Positions 1 through 11,419 of a DNA stretch of 64,000 nucleotides are shown here, piece after piece. Positions within the stretch are counted from its first letter, which is position 1; each line of letters opens with the position of its first letter. A program made the translations under genes and the position numbers. Below the pieces are notes generated by a model. The model was not told where the DNA came from. It saw nothing but the letters and a program-made list of their open reading frames with translations, and made no database searches. The stretch is from Anthoceros angustus (Eukaryota > Plantae > Anthocerotophyta), in NCBI GenBank assembly GCA_010909165.1, contig MU008157.1, positions 620,001-684,000 of the forward strand. Direction: 5' to 3'.

Positions 1-530
1 CGAGTAAGTCCGACTGGGTTCTCTCGGACCTAATCGGGACCCTCGGGTCCCGAGTGGTGAGGTCCGAGTCTCACCCTCTTGGCCCTCTTGGCCTCTAACT
101 CCTTTGTGCCCTCTTTCTCCGGGCTCGGAGGAGGTGAGGGGTCCGGAGCAAGCTCTTTTGCCCCTTCACAGCCGGGGCAGGGCCGGTGGGCTGCGCGGTG
201 ACCTCCTGCTCCTTGGGCCACGTCCTTCGCCTCCTTCGCCTCTTGACCTCTTGCCACTCCCGTGGGCGGGGGTAAGTCCGGATCGGGTTCTCCTGACCTA
301 ATCAGACCTCGTGTCCCGAGTGGTGAGGTCCCGAGTCTCACCCTCTTGGCCCTCTTGGCCTCTAACTCCTTTGTGCCCTCTTTCTCCGGGCTCGGAGGAG
401 GTGAGGGGTCCGGAGCAAGCTTTGCCCCTTCCGGGATGGGACTGCCTGTGGGTGCCGCTGACCTCCGCCTCCTTGGGCCACGTCCCTTCTCGCCTCCCAC
501 CGCCTCTTGACCTCTTGCACCTGCAAGGTG
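1..530. repeat. Two tandem copies of a ~267-bp GC-rich unit
   Basis: The block ctcttggcctctaactcctttgtgccctctttctccgggctcggaggaggtgaggggtccggagc occurs at ~85 and ~352. The copies differ by many small indels. Confidence 0.85.
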
Positions 531-574
531 GGTAAGGTACCGCACCTTCCGAGGTCTTTGCGTTGGTAAGCGGC

Positions 575-2458
575 CGTCTTCCGCCTCTTGGCTCCCGTTG
601 AGTTCGTCGGGGCTCGGCGGCCGTCGTGGTTGTTGGCATTGCGGTCCGGGCCGCGCCCTCGGCATCGCTCCCTCCAGTCTTGCTGCTCGGAGGGCACCAA
701 AAGGAGGAAGGGGAATCTCCTCCCAAACTTCCACAGGTGGTGAGGGGTTCGCTCAGGGCGTATGGTCATCCTCGATCGTCCTCCTCCAGTCGCTTGGTCT
801 TGAAGGGCGACCCCCACCTCAGGCGCCCTTGCACGCTCTACTTGGCGGGGCCTCCGGCCCCTTCCGGGCGGCTCAAGCTCTCCTCCTTGAGCTCGAAATG
901 TCCCCATACATGGTGTATGGTCGGCCCCGATAATGAGGGCTTCGCTCCTTAGCTTGCGTGCCTCTGGCAGAACGGCGAAGATAATCCTTCCCAGTCCGCT
1001 CTCTTCCCATGGGCGCATGCGAGAATACCAGCAGTTATCACCAAGGTGATCCACCTTGGTGGCGAGTTCAATGGACAATGATCCGGCTACGCCCGCCTCA
1101 TTGTCGGCGGATCGGATATCAACCATCCGTTGGTTGTCCGCTGCGTTCCTCAACGCCGTGGGCGGCCCTATCTTCCCTTCGCCTTAAGGGGCTCGGCACC
1201 GCCTTCCGCCTCGGCTCCCGTTGAGTTCGTCGGGGCTCGCAGCCGTCGTGGTTGTTGTTGTCGCCGGTGCCGAGCCGCCAACGCCTCCCAGATCGCCTCC
1301 CTGCACCGCTCCCGAGGGGCACCAAAAGGAGGGAAGGGGAATCTCCTCCCAAACTTCCCCGGGTGGTGAGGGGTTCGCTCACGTATGGAGTCCGGAATCC
1401 CTCCGTCCTCCCGAGTCCGCTTGGTCTTGAAGGACGACCCCCACCTCGGGCGCCCTTGCACGCTCTCGGCCTCCATTCCCGAGCGCCTGCTCAAGCTCTC
1501 CTCCTTCAGAGCTCGAAATGTCCCCATACATGAATCGTATGGGTCACCGATGGCGAGGGCTTCGCTCCTTAGCTTGCGTGCCTCTCGATCAACCGGCGAA
1601 GATAATCCTTCCCACCGCTTCCGAGCGCATGTGAATACTAACAGTTATCACCAAGGTGATCCACCTTGGTGGCGAGTTCAATGGACAATGATCCGGCTAC
1701 GCCCGCCTCATTGTCGGCGGATCGGATATCAACCATCCGTTGGTTGTCCGCTGCGTTCCTCAACGCCGTGGGCGGCCCTATCTTCCCTTCGCCTTAAGGG
1801 GCTCGGCACCGCCTTCCGCCTCGGCTCCCGTTGAGTTCGTCGGGGCTCGCAGCCGTCGTGGTTGTTGTTGTCGCCGGTGCCGAGCCGCCAACGCCTCCCA
1901 GATCGCCTCCCCTGCACCGCTCCCGAGGGGCACCAAAAGGAGGGAAGGGGGAATCTCCTCCCAAACTTCCCTGGGTGGTGAGGGGGTTCGCTCCAGACGT
2001 ATGGAGTCCGGAATCCCCTCCCAGTCGTCCTCCTCCCGAGTCCGCTTGGTCTTCGAAGGACGACCCCCCACCTCGGGCGCCCTTGCACGCTCTACTTCTG
2101 GCAGGGCCTCCAGCCCCTTCCGGAGCGCCCGCTCAAGCTCTCCCTCCTTCAGGAGCTCGAAATGTCCCCATACATGAATCGTATGGGTCACCGATGGCGA
2201 GGGCTTCGCTCCTTAGCTTGCGTGCCTCTCGATCAACCGGCGAAGATAATCCTTCCCACCGCTTCCGAGCGCATGTGAATACTAACAGTTATCACCAAGG
2301 TGATCCACCTTGGTGGCGAGTTCAATGGACAATGATCCGGCTACCGCCCTTACTCGACCGCCCAGCAGATCGGATATCAACCATCCGTTGGTTGTCCGCT
2401 GCCTGTGCCTCAAGATCGCTGGGCCGTGGCCCTATCTTCCCTTCGCCTTAAGGGGCCT
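575..2458. repeat. Three tandem copies of a ~610-bp GC-rich unit
   Basis: ggctcccgttgagttcgtcggggctc recurs at ~590, ~1212 and ~1822; atccggctac recurs at 1081, 1691 and ~2334. The minus-strand ORFs repeat the same peptides (e.g. EPLKAKGR). Confidence 0.9.
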
Positions 2459-3365
2459 GCACCACGCCCCTTCTTCCTCCTTGGGCGGTTGTAGGCCATC
2501 CTCGGGACCTCAAGGTCCATCGCCTCGGGTCCTCCGGAGGTTCTTGGATCGGACCTCCTTGTTGATCGCCCGGCATCTTCGGGCAAACTCCGGACTAATG
2601 TTGTCAAAGGTCCGCACCATTTGGAACACGTCCGGATGCCACTCCCACCAATTCCCTGCTTCCTCCGGCCGGGCCCGAAGTCCGGATAGCGCCGGGTCAC
2701 AATGTTGCGCTCCACGAGGGTCCATGGCTCCCAGACTCCGCGGCTTTTGGGTGCCATTGCTTTCTCCTCCTCTTGTTCTTTGAGGCTGCGGCGAGTCGGC
2801 ACGATGTTCCTCCTTGCGTTGCTCCAACCCCAGCGGTGAGCGCGCTCTGGTGGAAAAGATAGCGCCAGAGAGCCGGATTGCGGGCGCAGGGGCTATGAGG
2901 ATTATGCAGGCTGCCTGAAATGACCTCCTCCTTGGCGCGCTTGTGGAAGTAAGCTGGCGGAAGGCGCCTCTTCGTTGTCCGTAGCGCAGTGCATGGCTTA
3001 CTCGACCCTCGCTTGCCTGCGCCTTACGCGCCCGCGCCGCGGGCGTGAATACTGCCTGCGGCCTCGGCAAGGTTACGGTCTGACCTCTGCATGCCGACCT
3101 CCACTCGGGGCCGTCCACGTGGCGCCGCCTCGTCATCCTCACGCCTCGCTCCTAGGTTACTTTCCACGGCGTACTTATCCTGTTTGACACTGGGTGGGTT
3201 CGGACTTATCCGTTACTCCGTAGTCGGAGCTTGCCATAGTGGTACCGGGTCCGTTGTTCACTCAGTCGGAGTATACTCGAGCCTCGTCCGGCGCTACCCC
3301 AATTTATTCCTCCTTTTCCGCCTTATTTATCCTTCAATCCTAAAAAAAACAGAAACCCTACTTAT
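2400..3365 (-). mobile_element. Degenerate minus-strand ORF of an unidentified element, running into the tandem arrays and abutting the truncated copia
   Basis: Frameshifted ORF pieces (MAPKSRGVWEPWTLVERNIVTRR; GNWWEWHPDVFQMVRTFDNISPEFARRCRAINKEVRSKNLRR) continue into the 610-bp unit. There is an abrupt junction with copia integrase sequence at ~3370. No domain recognised. Confidence 0.35.
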
Positions 3366-5662
3366 TCCTTAACTCCCCAGGGAAGTGCATAGCCCACACA
3401 CATCTTCATAGGATACACTCCAGGTATTCATGGCTACAAATTGTTCGAACCTGTCACAAGGAAGGTGATCCATGCAAGGCTGTTGCGTTTGATGAACGTC
3501 TTGTACTGTCAGTTCCTTCACACTCCTTTAGTGACTTTCTCGACGAAGAAACCGTTGAACTTGAGCATTCTGTAGATGCAGGGGAGGAACCAAAAGATAT
3601 AGTTTGTTTTCTAGACATAGATCCTTCTAATTCAGTCCAAGATCCTGCACAGCTGCCTATAAATGCACCTTACCGCCTGCTAATCCAGACCCTGGCCAAC
3701 CCCCGCAAGCCCCTGATGAGAGGTCATACGGAGATGATCAGCCTCCCTTGCTCCCACAGGATCAGTTAGATGTTGATGATGATCCTGTCCGACCTGTCCC
3801 GTTACATGATGAGCTGCCTGAGGCCTAGTTTGTGGATGACCCAGTGGAGTATGTTATTCCTGTTCCTCAGCCAGAACCCCGTAGGCGCTCTACCAGAATT
3901 CGGAGACCACCAGAACAGTGGAGAGAGCCTCCTTACAGGAGTGAAGATTTCAGGAAGGTACCTCGTCCCCATGGTTCTGGCTCTGATGAGGTGGTTGTCG
4001 ACATGGTGAATCTTTCTATCAATCTAGGCTATGAGCCTTCTACCTATGCTGAGGCAATCACCGGACAAGTTGCAAAACACTGGAAAGCGGCTATACAGTC
4101 GGAGTATGACTCCCTTATACAAAACAATACGTGGGAGCTCTGTCCTCCGCCTGTGGGGAGGAAGATATTTACCTCCAAATGGGTGTTTAAACTCAAATAC
4201 AAAGCTGACGGAAGCATCGCCAGGTACAAGGCTAGGTTAGTAGCCCGTGGTTTTTCACAAGTCCCTGGTTTAGACTATCATGACACCTTCTCCCCCGTAG
4301 TAAAGGCTCAGTCCCTAAGAGTTTTGTTTGCTATGTCTACTTTCTTTTCCCTGCACATCCACCAAATGGATGTTAAAACGGCATTCTTACATGGGAAATA
4401 AGAGGAAGAGATCTTCATGCAGCAGCCTGAGGGATATGAGCTTACCGTAAGTGAGGATTGGGTGTGTAAGCTCTTGAAGACCTTATATGGTCTCAAACAG
4501 AGTCCTCGTGCGTGGTACGAGTGCATAGATGAATTCTTGATAGGTCTAGGCTTCCTTAAAAGCGTTGCTGACACTAACGTGTATCTCCTGCAAGAGAAAG
4601 GCGGTTTTGTTATTTTGGCACTCTATGTAGATGATTGTATTTTGCTGGGAACACACATGGAAGGGATTACCCGTGTTAAAGGTCTGCTGTCGGGTCGTTT
4701 TGACATGGTGGACGTTGGAGAGCTTTCCTACTGCCTTGGAACTCAGAGAGACATCACCCAACATTGTCGCTCATTAAGAAAAGTACATCTATGATATGTT
4801 GTTCAAGTATAAGCCATCAAGCCAAGATGCCTCTACTCCTCTTGAAGTGGTTGTCTGCTCAGCCTCTGATCGCCAAGAGAAGCATGAGATGGAGGCTGTG
4901 CCATACGCACAAGCAGTGGGGTCACTCATATTTTGCTCAAATCACACTTGACCAGATGTTGCTCTGCCAGTTAGCTTGGTGTCCCAATACACCGGGGAGC
5001 AGAGCCCATCGTCAAGAACCAAGAGAATTCTGGGGTATCTCAAGGGGACTAGTGGCCATGGAATTCACTATACAAGAAGAAGTGATGGAGAGAAAGACCT
5101 TACACTCATAGGATACTGTGATGCTAACTAGGCAGCGGACCAAGACACGAGAAGGTCAGTTTCCGCCTATGCATTCTTGCTTGCAGGTGGAGCAGTCACT
5201 TGGTCGTCGAAGAAACAAACAACAGTTTCCTTATCTTCCACCGAAGCAGAATATTCTTCTTTGACTCAAGCTGCGAAGGAAGCAATCCGGCATGACGACT
5301 AGCGGGTCGGAGCGTAAGAGTCCCACATTATCTATTGTGACAACCGCCTTGCTCTAGCTCAATCCTTTACCATGCCCGGACTAAGCACATAGAAGTGCAT
5401 CACCACTTTGTGAGGCATGCAGTTGAGACCAAACAGGTGAGGTTAGAGTATATTCCAACTGAGCTGAATGCGGCAAATATACTTACCAAAGCATTACCTA
5501 GGTTGAAGCACCATCAATTCAAAGAGTCTTTGGGAGTCTTAAGTCCACTTCACGTCACAGACAAGTCCAGCAGTGAGTGAGGAAACTGTATGTGAGGCTG
5601 ATAGGTAGGTGTCAAGTTCAAAAACTTATGCTACTTTCTAAGTCCTACCTACTAGTGCCACT

Positions 5663-6528
5663 CTATGATGATCCCTTGTCTTCAGAACTGGAAGGTGACA
5701 GGAATTTAGATTTGCCCCTCCCGTCTGCCTGCTGCAGGCCAACAAAATTGGGATCGAAGTTTGGCCCTTCGTCACTGGTCTCTTCGTCCATTTCATCAGT
5801 CCAGTTGACACTAGCCTCTTCAGCCATCCTCTCCCTGGATACTGTCGTCACAAGTGGATCATTTGGTCAGAACTTTACTGCAGCAGGTCACACCACAACA
5901 ATAGTGGGAGTAGCATAGACAAGCTGCAAATTTTACCATACTGTAGAAGGAGATGAAGTTCCCATCGTGGCCTCCCCATCTCCACCAATTCTGCCGAAAC
6001 ATCATGATTTTAGTTGTTGGGCAGATGTACTCCTCCGGCGTCCCAGGGTCATCAACACCGTCACCGTCAGTGACTATTCTTCTTCCCTGGTACAGATGCC
6101 CCGTCGGAAGCTTGTATTCCCGAGCCTTGAAGTCCTCTGGCAGCACAATCTGGTCAAGACCTTCAGTTAGCTTCTTAGTTCTAGTTTTACCATAGTTGAA
6201 GGAGCGAGGAGCAGAATGAGAGGTCGAAGCACCAGCTCTCCTTAGGTCAAAAACTTCCTTGGCCGCCTTCCCTTGCTTTGCCTCCCGCAGTTTACGCCGA
6301 TGTTGGCTCCACCTCCCACGCCCACCCTCCGCGTGTTCCCCATCGATGGACCGCACGGCGCATCCGCAGCAGACATGAGCTCGCGCCTCATGGCTCAAAT
6401 CTCGTTTCTCTTATTCTTGGCTTTGGAGGTGTGGAGGTAGTGGCCCGTTCTCAGAGGCGCTCTGGAATCTGCCGAGGTTGGCATCATCAGAAGCTGACAA
6501 GTCGATCGGAGCTGCTCTGGTGCCGGCC
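5663..6528 (-). pseudogene. Degenerate antisense ORF between RNase H and the PPT of the copia element
   Basis: ORF pieces MAGTRAAPIDLSASDD..., 5859..6398 (179 aa) and 5663..5851 are collinear, broken by stops and a frameshift. No recognisable domain. Confidence 0.5.
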
Positions 6529-6666
6529 ATTACCAATCAGTGGAGCGAAAGCGGGAGCTGCGTGAGCTGGTGTATTCGACGCGAGAGAGAAGACTGTGCT
6601 TGGGCGTACATCTACCTTGCTTTACCCGGTGGTTAATTGTTATATCCGTATATCCAATGAGGGGGG

Positions 6667-6879
6667 TGTTGAATATTTAATTATTACTTATAGGGCATTG
6701 TATATACCTAGGGCACTGTTCATAACCCTAGATGAATGTTAGTTGGTTGTTGTAACCGTTTTCATGTAGCTAGGACATATTCCTTGTTCCCCTCAACCTT
6801 TTTGATATACACACACATCTTTGCCTTCGGTGTCATGGGTTGCTCAATCTGCTGTGAACCTATAAACGAAACATTAACA
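6667..6879 (+). repeat. 3' LTR of the copia element (~213 bp)
   Basis: Polypurine tract atgagggggg (6657-6666) is immediately followed by TGTT. The segment ends in AACA at 6876-6879, giving canonical TG...CA inverted termini. Confidence 0.75.
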
Positions 6880-8938
6880 ACTTGTACCATGTTATGCCTA
6901 AGCTACTTGCACCAATAGCATCCATTCCCTTTAGACACCCCATCTAAGTACCGATCCAAGCACAAGATGCTTAATAACCTGTGTCCATTTGGCCTAAGCC
7001 ATTTGGACAAGAGGAGAAGAGCTGGGCATGCTCCCTCTGCCCTGCTCCAGGGGTGGTGGTAGGAGGGGCATGTAGCGCCCGCTGTTTGGGCAAGTTGAGC
7101 AACTATTTTCGGTAATATGCCACCCAAACTTTATAATAATTTATTAATAAATATTTTTAGAAAATGCGAACACTCTGCCGAATGGTACTCCAAAGCATCC
7201 ACCACCAAATGCTACCCAGAAAGCGTCAGTTTTGTGCACGAAACAAGAGGGCTGTCTACCTACCCATATACATAGCTTTCCCATCGATACCTGATGCCCA
7301 TTAAGGCAAATACGGTCAGCAGACCCGTGCGGACGCGCAACCCGATGTACCGTGGCTTCATATCGACATACATGACATAGCAACATCAGTTTGTGGTTCC
7401 GTCGCGTACTCGGGTTTTTGCATCTGTCTGCATTTCCATGACCTTGATGATGAAAGGTTTCAAACCTCGGTTTTCAAGTCCGAGTTTCAAATCAGGTTTC
7501 AAAGCTATGCACTTCATCGCGGTGAACCGATCTAAAGCGAAGCGGTGCAGATGCGACAAGACGCTAATATGCTGCGGTCAGAGACCAGGCCTAAAACCAT
7601 GTTCACGAGAGACCATGTGGATTCACGCCTCATGTAGATCAAGACTCATAGTGAGTGCAAAACTCATCTCACGTCCTCTTGTTAGTTTTGAGAGACACGA
7701 TCATTCCTTCAATTGCGGACTCATTTGTGTTCATCTCCTTGTTGGTGTTCCTCTTCTTTGGTGAAGAAGAGGACCTCGAATGACAACACTTACATCGCTC
7801 ACATGTGATGCAATACGGACAAATTATCTCTTCTTAGGCTATGACCCTCACGTGAATGCAGTGAGCCTACCTTGTTGGACATGGGCATTTAGGAACAATC
7901 ACCGCTAGGGAGTCAGGTGAATCAACATCTTGATTTGCTGCACTATTGGCACAAGGTACAAGCATCATTACTCTTCATGTGGATTTGTGAACTTTGAAGG
8001 GACGAGGGTAACGGTTTTTGCATGGGATCCTTCTCTTCCTTGTCCCCTTTGCATCGATTTTCCAAAGACAAGCATTCACCGGAAGGGTCGACGAACAAAG
8101 TGAAAAGGCTCGGGACATGGCAAGAATAATGTCTCGATGCACACATCGACTCCGGTGTCAACTTGGGGAAGCCGCTTCTGATCCGAGTGGGGGCTGAAAT
8201 GTTGGCAGTGTCACGGAGCCGGCCTTGCCTCTTGTCGGCGATTGGCGGTGCCTCAAGGCCGTGGTAAGTGGGCAGCTGGAGGTGGTCTTCGTAATGTTTC
8301 GTTTTCTCTTTCACAAAGATTTGAGGTTAACTGGATGTCGGATGCATGAATGCAGTGCGGGCTTACGAGTGAGTGTGGCTCGCTGAAGTATGGCATGAAG
8401 CACATGCGATCCTTCACAAACATGTGCAACTCGGGTTCGGTCCCGAGAAGGTGGTGGCTGCGAAGCATGTTCGATCGACATGATCGGTGGTGGTAGGGAA
8501 TGGGCACCTCTTTCAGCGACTTTAGTGCTTAAGTTTCCTCACCGGGTTTGGAGGAGTTGTCACATAGTGCATCTTCTGCATTGAGTCAATTCTCACCTTC
8601 TAAAACCGGAAGAGTGGATTCGACCTTCTAAGGCGAGCGTAATTGACCCGATCAAAACCGAGTGCTATCTCGCTATCTCCTCGGCACCCTACAAAATGGA
8701 TTGGTCGACTTCTAAAACCAAAAGCCTATTTCATCATTCAATCCACCCTTTATCAACGCCTATGTTCCACTTCACCGTCTTTTCTTCTTACACACAACTT
8801 CCTCCAAACCAACATATCGTTTGATCTGTTCGTCCCTCATTCTCAAAAGTTTCCAACACTTGTTTCGTTGAGGTTCTTCATCTGTGCCACTAAGCTGTCC
8901 TAAATTGAGTTTGCTCCATAATGAGGCTATCCCAAAAG

Positions 8939-9483
8939 CTAAATCAACGCCAAATGCGGTATCATTTGCCATCTTTTTAGTAAAATCCAACCGTTTTCTT
9001 TTGCCATCTCCAACCGTGTCTTACATATTGGTGCCACCAAGGGGTTACTAGGCAACACAATGTGTGGAGCTTCTTGATCCTGCATCCAAAAAGCCATAGC
9101 CAAGTTGTTGGTATCACTACTTTCAGCAACATACACTCCATTTGTTCTTCCATTTTGCCTAGCTGTTGATGCACCATCCTTGTGTATGCCCAAGAGTTGT
9201 TGAACTTTCACCACATGCTTGCAGATGAAACCTTTGCTCCTCATTTGACATGAGCATGTAGCCCAAGGAGAGTAAACATGTTCAATCACATACCACAAGT
9301 TAGGGGTCGATGAAGACAAACAATGTGTAGCAACATTTTCGACATGCGGTAAAATAACTGAGCTAATAGGAATAGTTTCTGCACCCTTCATAGCTGTTTC
9401 CTCCAAAGCCTCCAGCTTCTTGTTATGCCTGTATCCCCCTTCTTTCGTGAAGTGCTGGTACCAATAATGTCGGGCAACCACAT
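8939..9483 (-). mobile_element. 3' part of a MULE-type transposase with SWIM zinc finger
   Basis: VVARHYWYQ...WATCSCQMRSKGFICKHVVKV contains the CxC-x(n)-CxH SWIM motif. Confidence 0.8.
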
Positions 9484-11419
9484 GTGGTTGCCCCACGCTT
9501 TGGTGGCACGCAGCATAGAAAAACTGGTTGTGTCATTTGGTCACATGGACAGCCTCTGTGTCACCGAAATTCAAAATTACACACGGGAAGGAACCTCCGC
9601 GGGAACATAAAAAATGTGTGCTCCCGCGTGTTTTCCTGCTCTTGTGAAGGCAAGAACCGATCGTGCATAACCAAACGCGGACTTCCTTCGCCCATTGTCC
9701 GCTATCCCGTTGATGTCATGGACACGGTGGGTCTTGCTTTGGGATGCATTCATGGCATATGTTCTTTGAATTGATGTGAAAAGCTTGGCATTCTGCGGTG
9801 TGGAGCGTACATCACGATCGGTGCAAATGCGGAGAGGAGGCGGGCGGTCGGCGCGATGCGTTGTGTGGCAAGGTTTCGGCATGGATTGTGCGGTATCGCC
9901 GATTGTGCGAGAATAGCCGACTTGTGTGATGGAAGTTTCTCAAGCTCGATTGGGGTGGTTACGCCCATGATGGCCCGCTCTCCTTGTAGTCAACGACGGT
10001 ATTGGGGTGAGAGGCGTCTGCGGAGAGGCTTTGGCGGAAGCTGCGAGCAGGCGCAAAGCGAGGAATGAACCGGTGGACATAGTAGGCACGTGCGGCATCG
10101 ACCTCCACCTCCACAAGCCGAGTGCGTGTATGCGGCGCGATGCAGCGTTATTTCAAGGTCGTTGGGGTTGATACCGCACAATCTCGCGCCGCGACCTAGC
10201 AAGGAGCTTGAGAGCAATTCTTGCGGATGACAAGTGAGTTCTCGATGCAATGTCGCCGTGAGATCTATAGTACTTTTGAAGAGCTTCCTCTGTGAAGGAC
10301 TTTCGTACTCCCAGGCCGGGAAAGATGAAGAGTTGTTCTTGTTCTCATGAGGAATATGAGCACGATGTAAGAATTTGAAGGATGTTCGGTCGGCGATCAC
10401 TGCGAGCCGAAATACGCTCTGGAATATCATTTTGTCGCCGGTCCGGATGACCATCCGATTCCCACACCGCCAAGCACATTGGTGTGAGTCGGGCGGATCC
10501 GATCTGCAGTGAAAGTGCGGGTGGGAAGGATTGTCGGGGCCAAGGTATGTGGTGCGGGTCCGGAAGGAAGCTTAGGTCGATGTGATCTCGGATGATGTGA
10601 AAAGCCGACGTGCAGTGCAGGAGCTCGCCTCGACCTTCCTCCAACACAAAGGACACCAAGCGCCTACGCACCGGACCAAACACTTTTGACCAGCACATCA
10701 TCCACTTCTTGGATACTTCACAGGTGAGATGAATATGTTGTAACTGGATTCCATGCTTGTGTTGTGAGTGCGAACCTTCATCTGTGCTAGTCCCCTCACC
10801 TTCCATGCTTGTTTGTACTTCACGGTGTGCGTTATATGTTAGCACTACCTTCCAAATTCTGTGTTTGACTCTTGGGCATGATGGTATTGGGGTCAGTAAG
10901 GGTGTTCACGTAGGCTTCTCGTAGGCATACTGGTGTTGTGATTTAGGGACCGGTGATATGGGGTGGACAGATTGGTGTTCAGCAGAAGGGCTATGTGATG
11001 CACTGTATGGCCTTGTGATGGTTTGGGCTGATTGGTGATGCTGATTCCTGCAGCCTAGTTATGTTTGGGCCGGCAAGTGCCGGGTTCCCCGGTTTGGTGT
11101 GGGGAGGACGGCGGGTGTTGTGGTTGCTGCGTGTGGGGTGGTCGCTGGGTGATTTTAGTGTGGATGATGTGCGGGACATGGTGATGTGGTGTGGCTATCT
11201 TGTTGATTGATGCGTTGGTGATGTGGATGATGGCATGGTGATAAGGTGGACGGATTGGTGATGTCATGGAGTAGGTGGAGCTTGTTTCCCTTAGTGATGT
11301 GGTGGATGTGTTGGTGTTGTGGATGATGGAATGGTGATCACATGCGGTTTGGTGATGTTTTGGAGTTGTTCCATTTTAGTTGGCATCACTTGGTGACCTC
11401 GTGTCCGTCGTTGGAAGTG

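Larger units (their letters stand above)
3372..6879 (+). mobile_element. 5'-truncated, degenerate Ty1/copia LTR retrotransposon (integrase C-terminus, RT, RNase H, antisense ORF, PPT, 3' LTR)
   Basis: Integrase tail FIGYTPGIHGYKLFEPVTRKVIH at ~3400-3480. RT motifs KWVFKLK, YKARLVARGFSQ, QMDVKTAFLHG, LYGLKQSPRAWY and LYVDD at 3970-4750. RNase H motifs WSSKKQ, STEAEY and KHIEVHHHFVR at ~5180-5570. In-frame stop at 4399-4401 plus frameshifts. Confidence 0.95.

Noticed and set aside
1-2458. CRISPR array or many real genes in the GC-rich repeats
   Set aside because: The units are 267-610 bp with no unique spacers. The overlapping ORFs reflect high GC and repeat structure.
6880-8900. Genes in the short ORFs between the copia LTR and the SWIM fragment
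   Set aside because: No recognisable motifs or consistent frame; probably decayed TE sequence.
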